Positions 36,960-49,979 of a stretch of DNA of 64,000 bases are shown here, in pieces. Where the stretch lies: contig CM022665.1 in NCBI GenBank assembly GCA_012295275.1, positions 34,596,001 to 34,660,000 on the forward strand. Direction: 5' to 3'. Each line of letters starts with the position of its first letter. Within the stretch, counting starts at the first letter, position 1. The notes under the pieces were generated by a model. It had not been told where the DNA came from, did not search any database, and was given only the letters and a program-made list of their open reading frames with translations. This DNA comes from Chrysomallon squamiferum. Lineage: Eukaryota; Animalia; Mollusca. The position numbers and the translations under genes are program-made.

Positions 36960-37460
36960 ATCAGTCTTTCTTCTTTTCAATTGCTTGTTGATTACTTGTA
37001 TGTAGATCACTTATTGTGCCATATAGCTTCTTCTGGAATGTTGTTGTAGTTGTCCAGGTAGTCTACCTCAGCTATGCTTTTCTGCTTTTCCACAGGATAG
37101 CAGAATAGCAGGGAATAGTCCCTGGTTTGTTTGGGAGGTCTGTAGAGACATTTGACATGGGATTTCATCTCTGTATGTCACCCAATTATCCCTCTGTTCA
37201 TTATCTGCAACTAGTTTTGCCAGTCTATCTGAATTCGCATTTCTAGGTATGTCACAGTGAGCTGGAATCCATTGTAACATGACTTGGTTGACACTACTGA
37301 TCGGATGGATGTAAGGCTTCAGAAAGGCTGTCTAGCTTGTTTTCAAAAGCCTGGGGTGCATTTGTGCTAGCTAGCTGTTCCATTTTATCAATGGGAGTTG
37401 ACCTCATTTCTCCAGTTATTATCCTGAGTATTGAATCCTGTCTATTTTTGTTGATGTGAC
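36960..37460 (-). mobile_element. Degenerate non-LTR retrotransposon fragment containing RNase H (I/Ingi/Nimb-like)
   Basis: LQWIPAHCDIPRNANSDRLAK matches the RNase H motif WIPAHxGIxGNExADxLAK. The surrounding frames are broken. Confidence 0.7.
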
Positions 37461-37942
37461 TTTAGGTCACTCAGACAAGCCCCTTCACCAGGTCAAGGTA
37501 TTAACTATGAAGGGGGTGAATTATCACTGTAAATTATTGGGTGTATTTTCTGAGGTTTTTTTTTTTGTTTGTTTTTTTAATTTTTTCCATTCTAGGGCTG
37601 TTTTTCTTTGTATGTTTGTTTCTTCTTTTTTTTTTTTAAATGTTAGTTTATTGTATATAAATATTTAGAACAGTCCTAAGTGGAGTGAACTTATTTTATT
37701 TATTCCATGCCAAGCTGCATTATACAATTTATCAAATACCATGCTGTTTTTAAGTTTGTTTATTATTATTTTATTTTATTTTTTATTTGAAGAAGAAGAA
37801 AATGAAGATCAAGAAATAGGTCTGTCAGCTGTTAATTCATATTACGTACGAAAAGGATAAACATGTCTGCTTGCGTCAGTTTTTTTCAAGCATTTTGATA
37901 GGTTAAATGTCTAATTTGTCCCGAGAGAGGGCGCAGCCGTCA

Positions 37943-37966
37943 GTTGGTAGTAACCAAAATGGCGGC
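37943..37966 (+). promoter_or_regulatory. SPATA7 promoter: X-box-like GTTGGTAGTAAC next to YY1-like CAAAATGGCGGC
   Basis: CpG-richer patch directly upstream of a consensus donor (CA|GTAAGT, about 38054) that can splice to the first coding exon. Confidence 0.5.
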
Positions 37967-38226
37967 TGACGTGTCTGAACAAAAATATTTCGATTAAAAA
38001 TGTCTATTTATTTTCCGAGAATATGTCAACCAAGGTTTCTGTAGCGAAACAACAGTAAGTTATAGCATTCATTTTACTGTATAATATAGATTAATATTAA
38101 ATCATTGTTAATGCATTTTTCTTTACTTATTTTTCAAAATGAATTTTAAGTTCTTGATTTTAACAGACCCAGCTTTGGCCAGAGAGAGAAGCAGGGTCAT
38201 ACATTCCACATAGTCACTTGCTTCAG

Positions 38227-38273
<47 letters not shown>

Positions 38274-38508
38274 TTGGAAAAGTAATAACTTCCAAAAATT
38301 ATTAATGAGAAGACAACTGTAAATAATTCTTTTCTGCTTCTGAAAATCATAAAGACGTTGAATTTCTTTTTGATGACTACTATTTATTGTCACGTGTGTA
38401 TACGAGATTAAAATATTCTGCCTTGACATTAATATTACAGTATTTTTCAACATTATATTTTATGTCAATATATAACAAGAACATTAAATACATAATTGTA
38501 AGTGTAAT

Positions 38509-38511
<3 letters not shown>

Positions 38512-38572
<61 letters not shown>
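38512..38572. repeat. (TA)n microsatellite
   Basis: Directly visible. Confidence 0.95.
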
Positions 38573-38582
<10 letters not shown>

Positions 38583-38966
38583 GACAAAAAAAGAAAAGAA
38601 AAACAACCAAACTATACTAATTTAAGAAAAAGAACAAGGTTGATATTTTTCTCTAAAACACTACTTGCATGGTAAGTTATTATTCATTTAAAAAAAAATT
38701 TGTCATATAATTATGGTATACTGCACAAAAATATTTATCATCATTATTATCAAGAAAAATTACACTGAAAATATTGTTAATTATTATTTTACCAGAAGAC
38801 TGATATTTTTAACATATTAATAGTGCTTCAAATAAAAGAAATCTTTACACATGCCTAACAACATTATTTTTACTTTATATTTGGAAGCTGAATTATTATT
38901 TATGCTAAACATGTTAGCAAATACTCTGTTATTGATTTGTGTTTCAGTCCTTAAGATAAAATCATA

Positions 38967-41900
38967 ATGGCTGGCAGTCTAAAAGGAAGTCTAGGGCTCA
39001 AAAGCAGTCGTGAGTATTAAAAAAAAGAGAAAAAAAGACGTTTGTGTGTGTGTGTGTGTTTATCTATCTAATTAAGATCAAGTTCTTACTATAAAGAATA
39101 GTATTTAGCCATGTAAATTCCTAAATTGGAAAAGGCCATATGAATGTGTACATTATTTAATTATCAATGTCCAAGGAAAAGGTTAAAAAATTGCAAATTG
39201 TTTGACATTTGATTTTCACTTATGTTATTTTCAATTGCAGCCTTAGCACCGACTTCAGCCAAGCTTACTACCCAGTATCTAGTTTTGGATCACATGAACA
39301 ACCATTATAAGAAGATTGCTACAGCAAAATGTAAGCTTAATGAATGACTCTTTAACAAAGCATGTCTTTCTTTGATTTTATAATGGATGGAATGAAAAAA
39401 AAACTTTATTGCTTTTACCAACTAGAATAAACAATACATATTTTTTATACACAGTCTGCCATAAACATTTCCTAAAAACTACAATACACCCATTTCTGAT
39501 TACTGGCTTGAACACCATGTAACATGCTGCACTTACTGATTGTGGATTGTTTTTAGTAATGACTATTTTCATCAAAGACACTATATCTTTCAGTTAGTAA
39601 ATAATTTAATGGTTACTCTCAGTTGTTAATAATCAAATATAGTGGTGAATTTTCTTTTCATTTCATCTTTTAAAACTCTATTGATTTGTTTTATAACTTA
39701 ATAATAATAATAATAAAAATAATAAAAGTTAATATTTTATTTTTTTTAATTTATTTTTGTTTTTGTTTACAGCTGCTGTTGATAATCATCTACCTAAATC
39801 GATGTTATGCAGTCAGAAAGGTTTGTTAATGTCTTATGTTTTGTTGATTTTGTTTTCATACACTTCTTATGTTTAACAGTATTTATATATGAAATGTTTG
39901 TTTTTCATTTTATGTTTTAATAAAAAGTAGCACTATTTTTTCTATTTTATGTATTAATAACTTTTAAGAAATAAAAAATTGTAGCAAGCTGATTTATTAT
40001 GTTAGAACATCTTGTTACAATCACATTTTAGCTGCCACTGAATATTGTTTTTTTTTAATAAATTTATAATGTCTTTACTTCAGTTTGAGTTTTTTTTAAA
40101 TGTAGCTCTCTTTAGATATACATTGGTGTTTGTGTGTCTCTGTATCTTGTATTTCATTATGGATTTATGATCAGTTTTAAAATGTTCACATTTTTTTTTT
40201 AGTTCGAGAACGCAAACAGAGAGAAGATGTTATCAAGTATGGCCGGCCACTGTCAAGATTGTCAAATCGCACGGGGGCTAGTCCTACTCCTTCAGGATAT
40301 TATATTATGGAGGATGAAGCATGGGTAAGTTATCAGCTAAACTTTGGTGTATGTGATATTGGCTTTCTAAACAGAACAATTCAATATGAAAAACAAATGC
40401 ATTAAGAAAATAATATTTTGGATTTGTGTTTTTTCTTTTGCTATTATGTAACAGTAATATGTTTTATACAAAAATAGAATAAGAACTTGTTTTGTTTCAG
40501 ATAGCATCAAAGCATTTGAAAATGTAACTGTTTGATGAACACAACAGTTTAGAAATATTTCTAACAAAAATACAAACGTTGTTTTATCTTTCATCTCGCA
40601 AATTTTATTTGGGTGTACTCACTATGTTTTTCATAAAAAGCATATTGTCCTCATACGTATAGTACCTACTGCTACATACTGGGTTCTGGATTGGTTTTTT
40701 TAATTAGAAATGTTCATTTATTCTTTTATTTTATTTGTTTTAAACAGTAAATTAAAGTTAATGAAAATAGCCTATAAGTCCACTCTATTTTCTTGGGGGT
40801 TTTTTTCAATTTAATTTACAGTTTCTGAAAGGTGGTTTTTCAGTAAGTAATATTAAATGGAAGAATAAAAATCAAACATAATTAACTTTTTTTAAATTAT
40901 TGGTTAAGAGATCTATTGGAGACAATTTTTTCACCTTAGGGGGAACCAGAAGACGAGAAAGATAGGTTGGTTCACAACATAATGAAAACCACGTTACAGA
41001 GAGAACCAGAAGACAGCATACAAGCAACATTTAATTCAGAACAACATGAACACCAACTGAAGATGATGGGTAACAACTTTGGTAAAACAGTTCGACATGG
41101 GCAGACAAATTTGTTTCAGGAAAACATCAACAAACTGCACCGACCATGCTCTGCCAGATCAACACACAGTGTATTGAGTAATAGTTCAAGAACAAGTCTG
41201 GACCAAACAAAAAAGCCAGGAACATATGATGGAGATTTGCTGGAGAAAAGAGCCCATATATTTACAAAGCCTGAAAAACCCTTCACTCCTAGGACACTGA
41301 AGTCTAACAGGCAGTCAAGGCTGAAAGAATACAAGTATTACACATCACCTCCTAAAAAAAGACATGACGGTACAGTGGATAAGGACCAGAGTCATGGGTT
41401 GGCTGAACCGTCCACACAACCCCAACCAAAGCCAAGGAAACGAGGCGATAGTCAGAAAGGAGAAATGCTAGAAACAACTTTAATGTTTGAGAGTTTACAA
41501 AGTCATGATTTTAACTATCTTAACAAGAAACACCAGGATGGGATTCCTACTTTAGACATATCAGTAGACAAGGATCACCAGGACTGGCTGCAGGAGCAGG
41601 CAACTAAGGCACATGTGCGAATGAAGAGTGAAAAGATGGCAAGTTGTAAAGAATCAAAGTCTGAGATGAACACAGTTGAGACTCGAAAGACATTTCTTGA
41701 TGATGATACTGACTTAACAGTCAGAAAGTCTATAAAGTAATTTGATTTTTGATCATTTTCTAAATATTGTAATTTTTATAATTGTTTAAGTGTTGCTGCA
41801 GATGAGGCAGTATTATGACTAGATGTCATCTATATAAATTAAACTATTTCTTGGAACTGTATAAAGAAAGACAATTTCATTTTAAATCTATTACACGTAA

Positions 41901-44900
41901 ATTTTTGCCTTTAGTGTTTTTATGAACCACATTAGAAATAAATTTTAACTGTTGTTAATAATGAGTATAATGAAGATTTGTTAATTATTATTTTTGTTTT
42001 TTTTCCTATGCTTAAGTGTTTATTTTAAAAAAGTTTTTGGATTTAATATTTCTTTCATAAATGTTTATTTAAAAATTAAATATCAACTATTTATGTAATT
42101 TATGAATTAATTGAAAAGAATAAGGTTTTTTACTTATAACTGCTTTTTCCAAGTTAAAATCACTTCTGTTCATATCATTTACCATGTTCTTCCAAATTGT
42201 GAAGTTTTTCCATCATGCATTCCTATATTAGGTCTTGTGCATATTTATTTTTGTTAGCAATTTATAGAATTTGTTATGATCTCAGCCTGCATTTCTTGGA
42301 TATTTATAATTTGTTTTGTTTTTTTATTTACTGTTGTCAGTGAATTTTTAAATCTTATCTGGTAGTATAGAATGGTGCTTCTTAAACTGGTGAATAGTTC
42401 ACCCTAGGGTGAATGAAATTGGATACGAAGAACATACACAAAATTAATTTTGTGAGAAAGACTTAAGGGTGAATGACTGTCAAACAATTTAAGAAGCACT
42501 GGCACACACTTATTTCAGTTAATCTGAGTGGCATATAGTTATGGTTATAGATGTATAATCATGTTAAAACAGAAATAAATTGAAGTATTATATCAGCACA
42601 CATAACTATAATTAAAACAGAAAAAGTAGAACACATTCACTTTTTTTGACAGATCATTTGACAAAAAGCTGTGGAAAAGTCAAAGACTGTCCAAAGTGTA
42701 AGTAAATGCATTTAAATTTCATGTATGTAGGATTATTTGTATTGCAGATCTTTATTTCACACTCCTGCACCATTTTGTTTTCAGCTGAAATACTGAATGT
42801 GTTTGGAATTACCACAAGATTCTAAAACCAATAGCTACAGCTGTCTAATATTATTTATTTATTTTTATAGTTAGAAATTTGATAATTCTGTATCAGAGTT
42901 ATGTCTCATTAAATGCATGTGCCTCATGTTTGAAAAAAATAGAAGTTTTTACACCACAGTGCTTGTTTTGTCTTACTATTAAAAATCACAGATAAGTGAA
43001 AAGGATTTGTTGACTTAATGACCATGCATGTATATTGATTTCTTTGTCAACAATTTTAAAACAGAAATTAATATCATTAACATGTTACCTGAGTTTGTTA
43101 AGTTAGCTAACGTGTCTGTAATATCTGTGGAGCACTAATCTTTTAATAGAAGTAGTTTTCTGTTGCAACTGCTTGTTCTGGATGTATGCTGGCTTTCGGT
43201 TTTTCGTTTAAATCCTTTGTTTCTTCAGAAAATATTGAAAAGAAAATGACAGACAATATAGTGAATAAAATAATAAATTTTTCTAGAGGAGTTAGTAAAT
43301 TATCAAATCTTCGGGTAATTTTTCCTTTTTCAATATAATTAAATTATAATAAATTGAAAATTCAACATGCAAAATTTTATTTTTATAAATTGCTACATGA
43401 ACTGAGTACAAGTTATCCTTTATGATTTTTTAAAGTTATTTCTTTCCTTTCATTCCTTGACAATTTAGACAGCTGACAAAATACATCTCTTTTTTAATTT
43501 TGAGAAAGATGTTACTATAGAAACTGTTACTATTATCGTTCACAACAGTTTTATCAAGCCTGTTTTATGTAGATGTTAAAATAGGTAATTGTTAAATATA
43601 ATCATCTAGGTTATATTATTGTGCCTTGTCATTTACTAGTATTTATTTCTTTATTTAACTAATTGCTACTGTCCATTATTTTATGTTTTTCTGAATAAAA
43701 TCCATATTTTAAGACTTCGTGGGGTTGTTTGATTTTCATTTGCTACATGTAATATAAGCAAAATAATCCTGTAAGTATCTGATTTTAACTACATTTTTTT
43801 TAAAACAAATATTCAAATTGAGTTCTTTTTCAGAAATATTTTATTATTTGTAGCTTGTAACATCAGTAAATATTTTCACATATTATGTACAGGTATTTTA
43901 CATAATGATGGCAAAAACAGATTGTAATTATAAATCATGTTTATTGGATTAAGTTTGATTTTTAGAAAAAATAGTAATTGTCCAAGTCATTTTTAACATT
44001 GTAAAAAACAGTTAACTTGATTAAATGCTTTGGGAATGCAGAAAAAGAAGAAACGTCCATTTAATATGTTTTCAAAATTAAATTTTAGCAATGTGTAAAA
44101 TAATTAAGTGATCATATATCGAGTTGCTGCAATGAAAATGAAGTTTACTTAGACTATTGCAAAAGGTTTTATATCTATAAAAATAATAACTTTAAAAAAT
44201 TCTTAGAGGTCTATTTTCAATTCTTTCTAATATCACTGGTTATTAACATTATTTGTGAACTTTTAAACTGTGAAAGTTTTCTCAGAAAGTTTTAACAATA
44301 AAAGATCCCATGCTTAAGTGACTTGAAAAAAAATTAAATTAAACATTTAATATGAATTCTACTGAAACATTTATTAAGTTTGCCTTTTATCATATGTAAA
44401 TATAATGAAACATTCATTCAAGATGCACACAAAACAAAAATCTGTCGAGATGATTATTTAGCTATGAAAGCAGTTACATAGTTAGCAGGGAAGGCTGCAA
44501 AAGCTATGAATATGTACTTTAATTCAACCTGAATTTATCTCAATGAACATCTATTGATTTTTTTAGTTATTCTTATTTTTTTATTTTTATAGGATTTTTA
44601 ATCAACAGAATCTTTTTCTCAATATAAATCTTTTAAAAAGAAAAACTACATAAAAAAATCCCAAACATTCTACATCATATGCAAACGTGCTTAGTATAGA
44701 ATAAATTATTATTATGTAATGTTTGTTTATTTTTGTAATAGAGAGGAAGAGCAGCTGTATGTCAGATTTGCACAAGATATTACTAAAGATGTCCTAAACA
44801 GTGGTATCTGCTCAGACAGGTGAGGAAATATGGAAACATGTAAACACATGGATATATGCATACACAAATGCACCCACATACATTTGTTTATATTCATTTA

Positions 44901-46541
44901 ACAGTAATTATGTTTCACTGTTATAAATAATACTCATAAAGTGACATCATTATTATATGGACTAACTGCAATTTGATTTAATTATTTTATTTGTTAATAT
45001 TATATATATCTGTTGCAGGGTATTACAGCAAGTTTTTGAAAGACATCTGCAAAAGAATAAAGAAAGACTGAAAATGGTAAGTTATTCATTACAGAATAAA
45101 ATTAACTGAAATTACTATGGTATACGTCTTAAGGTAAATTTATGTTAAAATCTTGAATTCACTTTTTTAAAGTTTTAATAGCCATCTTTATAAATGTGAA
45201 AACAAAACTAAGAGTATGTTGTTAATATATATATATGTTTATAAATGTACTCTATTTGTGTTTTCCTACACCTTCCCTTGAAAGGAAATGGATAATGCAT
45301 TGTTATAATGTGAGGGTCTCCAATCTTTTTTTGTTGTTGACCCTTTCATGCAGTCATCAACCCTTTATAAATCTCTCTAACTTGTATTTCTATTTTTATT
45401 ACTCCAAAAGTCCCTAGTGATTTTCAACATCAACCTCATGGGTTTAGTATCAACACTTCAGAAACCCCTGTTATTACACAAATACTGGGTCTTTGTATTC
45501 AGCACTATATTTTTTATTCAGTAAGCAACTGTCTCAATCTTTCAGACACGGATGCGAACAATTTTATCAAAACTTAGATTAGATTTGGGTGTCAGGAAAG
45601 ATGATCCTGATGATGAACCTGGAACTGATTTGGCAGCTATATCATCATTAAGACAAGCAAATATTTTGGAGTTTGGTGAAAAAAAAACTTCTTTGCAGAA
45701 TGAGATCAGTGAGAACTTATACACATCATACGAGTTTGATGATAATGCTGAGGTACTCATCACTGTCCGATCACAGAGAGAGGCAGATGAACCAGAAAAA
45801 ATTAGCTCTACACAAGTGTTGGAACAGTATCAGATAGACATGAACAAAATGGAAAATGATAACAAAAGTCAAGTAGATGTAAGTGACAAAAATATAACCT
45901 GTCAAGCTTTGGATTTAAAATCTGCTCAAGAGTTAAGTCAGACAAGTTCTGAATTAGGAGAAGTAACACCTATTCCCTCAGTGACAGCCTTACCAACTCA
46001 TGTCCCAAAACCACGCCCACGAGAAAGAAGGCATGCAAAACGAGAAAAGATTAATTCTGCTACTGATGATGAAAATATGAGTTTGAAGGATTCAGAAACA
46101 TCTGTAAACACCACTCTTCAACAGGTCTTGGGACCAGAGGTTATTTTAGTTAATGAAAACACAATAGCTGAGTCTTCATCTGTAAGTTCTATGCAAGTGC
46201 AGTCTCCTTCCAGGAGACGTTTAAAAAAGAAAGATGTTTCAACTGCTGATAATAACTCAGTAAGTACAGAAAAAGTACTGGAAGAAAAACAGAATACTGT
46301 TCCACTGGTCAGTTCATCTCAGCATGCCAGTGAAATACAAACACCAGCAGATGTACACAAGTCTGAATCCCAGCAAAATGAAGATGATACACATCACACA
46401 GCAAAGAAAGATGAATATGTTTTTACAAAGGAAAATGAAGAACAAAATGATTACGATGATGATTATGAAGATGATTATGATGCTGATGAAGATGAACACC
46501 AAGGTGATACAACTCACAGGACCTCTGATGATGATTTTTAA
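38967..46541 (+). CDS. SPATA7: Spermatogenesis-associated protein 7-like (ciliary), 758 aa, 9 coding exons
   Basis: Exons 38967-39009, 39241-39330, 39773-39820, 40203-40324, 40940-41736, 42653-42697, 44742-44819, 45019-45076 and 45546-46541 total 2277 nt and are phase-consistent. Three blocks resemble SPATA7 as I recall it: LKGSLGLKSS...QYLVLDHMNNHYKKIATAKSAVD, TYDGDLLEKRAHIFTKPEKPFTPRTLKS...YKYY, and EEEQLYVRFAQDITKDVLNSGICSDRVLQQVFERHLQKNK...MRTILSKLRLDLG. Confidence 0.9.
42373..42501. mobile_element. Small hAT-Charlie-like MITE (about 129 bp) in a SPATA7 intron
   Basis: Left end TGGTGCTTCTTAAACT; right end reverse complement CAGTGCTTCTTAAATT. There is an internal palindrome, TTCACCCTAGGGTGAA. 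No clear 8-bp TSD. Confidence 0.5.
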
Positions 46542-48014
46542 TTGTTCTTACTTAGCATGGTTACTCAGTAAATTTATTTCCTGCACATATAAAACACAAG
46601 GGATTATGCAAAATAGAAAACATTTAGGAATGTTAACAGTTAAATTATTTATCAAGTAAAAAATTTGATTAAAGTAGAATTTTGTGTGTTGTTTTACAAA
46701 CTTGTATATGTTATACATTTATTATACACAAAAGTGCAAGATTATAACAGTAGCTTTTCCATGAAAATTAATCCTTAAACTAGAGATACTGAAACTTAAA
46801 CATGGGGCATTCATAAGTAATGTAGTCTAAACTATTGTTAGTCATTAAAATATAGTTGACATTCACAAATCATTTACATTATGACTGCTGCTTTTTGCCA
46901 TTGTTCCATCCAAACAAATGTCAGTTTTAGCAAATATTTTTAATTTTCATTTTGTAATTATATAAATAATGATGCATTAAAACAATAAATGTTAAAAATA
47001 TTTCTTGAAATATTTAACCCAAATTATATTTATAAAATGGTGACTTTCTGGTTCACCACTTGATGTTCTATTTATTTATTTATAATTTTATTTCTCTTTA
47101 ATCTGTGATAATTGCAGTGCCTAACTTGTTTGTTTTATTTTTCTGTAGCTATTTATGTATACAATATATAATCAGAAATTGTTAATCATATTAAATCTGT
47201 ATGTTATTATTTTGCGATTTTATTAATTTATACAGAAAATATAAGTATACAAACCTAATAATAAAAACTTTTTATTGTATACAAATTTCAGAAGATTTCA
47301 AATGTTTATCCTCAGGAGATACTTGTATACATTAAGCATTACTAAAGTATGTATTACTGTCATCTGCAGGGTGTTTTTTGTCGGGTTTTTGGAATAAAAC
47401 AGACAATAAGTGTAAGATTTTTGATATACAAGAAAATAATGTTAGGAAATTCAGTTTGAAACTGTTAGTTATTTTCTTGTACATGGAAATGTAAAAAATG
47501 ATAAATAAAGTTAATAACATTTCTTTTTTGAATAAAATTAAGTTTTAAAACTTTCTGTGTAAGTTGTAACAGTATTCATCATATATATATTTATTTATTT
47601 TAGTACTGTGAAGCATTTTGCTAGAAGCTTTGCTATTATTGGTATTCCGTCCTTGCAACTTGCAATATAAACATAATGTGATGTTACAACCATCCATTGT
47701 TTTATGTACAATTTGTTTTCATCTCTGCCATATAAAGAACATCATGTGGTGCATTTTATGCAATGAAAATGGGTAAAATTTCTGATGTTTAACATAAATC
47801 ACACAAACTTAACCCATTTCCACTAATTTTGAGATTGTATCTTATAAAATGTAGTGCCTTTTGTTATAAAAGTATAGATTTGTTATTACTGTGCCAATCC
47901 ACATATTTAAGATACAATGGTATTCAATTTATGAATCAGTTATTTTCAGTACTGTGATTTATCTGTTTTTTGTTTTTCAATTTTAACTGTTATGTTATTG
48001 TGATAATTATTATA

Positions 48015-48212
48015 TAAATGCAGCTGCACAGTTCAGCTGATTGTGAATATGAATATTTCATACAGAGAAATTCAGTTAAAAGTTATTGCTTTTCTTATAA
48101 CAGTAACTAAGTACCATGTTCTGTAAATTGTCCTTTTCACTGCAGAAATGATGTATTTCTCTGGATGGTTTTGTTTCTAGCCACTAACTTTTAAAACAAT
48201 ATATTTTGAAAT
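48015..48212 (+). repeat. Dispersed repeat, copy A (copy B at 51948-52079)
   Basis: Ordered blocks TAAATGCAGCTGCACAGTTCA, TATTTCAT, TTTTCTTAT, TCCTTTTCACTGCAGA, ATGTATTTCTCTG and CAATATATTTTGAAAT are shared with copy B. Confidence 0.75.
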
Positions 48213-48869
48213 GTACAACTGTTACATTACTGTAGGGGTAGGCTATTTTAATACCACATTTTAGTAATTACTGATTGTTTTGTATTTGGAACAAAAAAGA
48301 TAAAGAAATTGATCTATAATTGTTTTTCAGTGTTTACTGCTTTTGCTTGCATCAACTTAGGCTGAAGATCATATTTTATTATGCAGATATTTTTACCATG
48401 TAAATGTGGAACAATATTATTTAACTGCTGAATCTGATCTCAATATATCTATTGTTTCTGTCCATTATGTACAAAAATTTAGCTCAAAGTTCTGTGAATT
48501 ACCTTTATTATTTATTGCCAGTATTTTCATGACAGCTGCTGACATTTTACTAAAAATGATAATTTTTTATTTATCTGCTTGTTTTCAGATTCACATATAA
48601 ATGTTGTATGTAATAAAGTAATGTACTAGCAAATGATTTGTTTATTTATTCTGTTTTACAACATGAATATTTATTCTTTCATATATTTAATAATAATTAA
48701 TTGCAATTATAATAGTTTGGATCCAGAACAGAGCACTAAATATGTATTTTTAAAATATCTGGGTGTGGCATGTTGGTAGTCATGGATCATCTTATACTTG
48801 TTTGTGGTTCTAAATAAGAATGAACTAGGTTGTCCATTACAAAAGCTTTGCATTTTTAAATACTGTCAA

Positions 48870-49300
48870 TAATGACATTTTTTTTTGTTGGGTACTCATG
48901 TTGGCATAATGGGTAATAAAAAGACAAGACTCTGCTGCCAAGTCTGCTTTGGATTTGCCACATGCTAAGAATGGTGTATACCACTGATTTTAAGTGAACT
49001 TTCAGCCAGTATACCTTGGACATTATCTGGCAAATACCTGGAAAGGTGCAGTTGTTAACAATATTCATTCTGTTAAGCCAGCCCTGAGGGTGTAGGAAGG
49101 ATGAAATTGTCTGCATTGGTCATACACATTTGACTCATATAGCTTAAAGAATGATCCTCCACCTCAGTACAAGCATTATCGGTTCATCACATTTTGGGGG
49201 AATGCAGTCATTTTACTGCGACAAGGAGAGATATGTTTGATAGGTATGATGTGGTAGAATTGTTTAGATTCCAACCCAATTTTTTGCTAACCTTTTTAAA
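48870..49300 (+). mobile_element. Degenerate I-clade LINE 3' fragment (RNase H C-terminus plus zinc-knuckle region)
   Basis: Read across frameshifts: FCWV-HVGIMGN-DSAAKSALDLPHA...RKDEIV-IGHTHLTH-NDPPPQ-SVHHILGECSHFTATRRDMF. Confidence 0.7.
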
Positions 49301-49500
49301 GAAAACTTTCTTTTATAATAAAGTTTAAATTTCAATTAAATGTATTATTTGTATTATACAGTTCTTTAATCTTATATATAAATCATTCATTCAATCAGTG
49401 TTAGAAACATGCAATTCATGTTTTATGTGAAGCTTTACACTAGATTCTAACAAATTATTAAAATATAAATAACTAAAATATTTGTATTATACTAAAGGAA

Positions 49501-49535
<35 letters not shown>

Positions 49536-49955
49536 AGAGAAATACATATGTAATAACTAATAAGGAAATCATAAAAATATATAAATGAATTATTTAAAAC
49601 TGTAATGAAATAAATAAAATTGCAATGACTGATCGACTCGGAGCCGAGAACAAGTTCAAGAGAAAAAAAAAAATCGTTGTAATGTGTTAATTACAGTTTC
49701 TTTATGAACTGGAAAATGATTGTCCCCATGTACAAACTTTATAATCTACTGAATCACGGATGTAATTTTGTATGATATAATTATTATCGTGTGTACTTGC
49801 TTTTATTATGATTTATTTTATTTTCACATGTGCACAGTTCACCTTCTAATAACCAGTCGAAATGGAGGATTATGGGTAATACTGTAAATACTGGTATTTC
49901 TATTTGATACGCCAATATATCAACAGTACTTAAGAAGTAGTCGAAGGCACGTGCG

Positions 49956-49970
49956 TTCTTTTCCGTTTTG
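49956..49970 (+). promoter_or_regulatory. TCT initiator / 5'TOP pyrimidine tract of RPS29
   Basis: TTCTTTTCCGTTTT lies about 22 nt upstream of the RPS29 ATG and fits the YC(+1)TYTYY TCT consensus of ribosomal protein genes. Confidence 0.7.
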
Positions 49971-49979
49971 GTCGCCATC

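Noticed and set aside
41737-41740. Stop codon ending the 257-aa ORF, suggesting two separate genes
   Set aside because: The TAA is part of the GTAA splice donor. Downstream exons continue SPATA7 in frame.
43229-43314. Possible extra SPATA7 exon (good acceptor, CGG|GTAATT donor)
   Set aside because: In the required phase it reads into TGA within three codons, and the flanking exons already join in frame. At most it is an unsupported poison exon.
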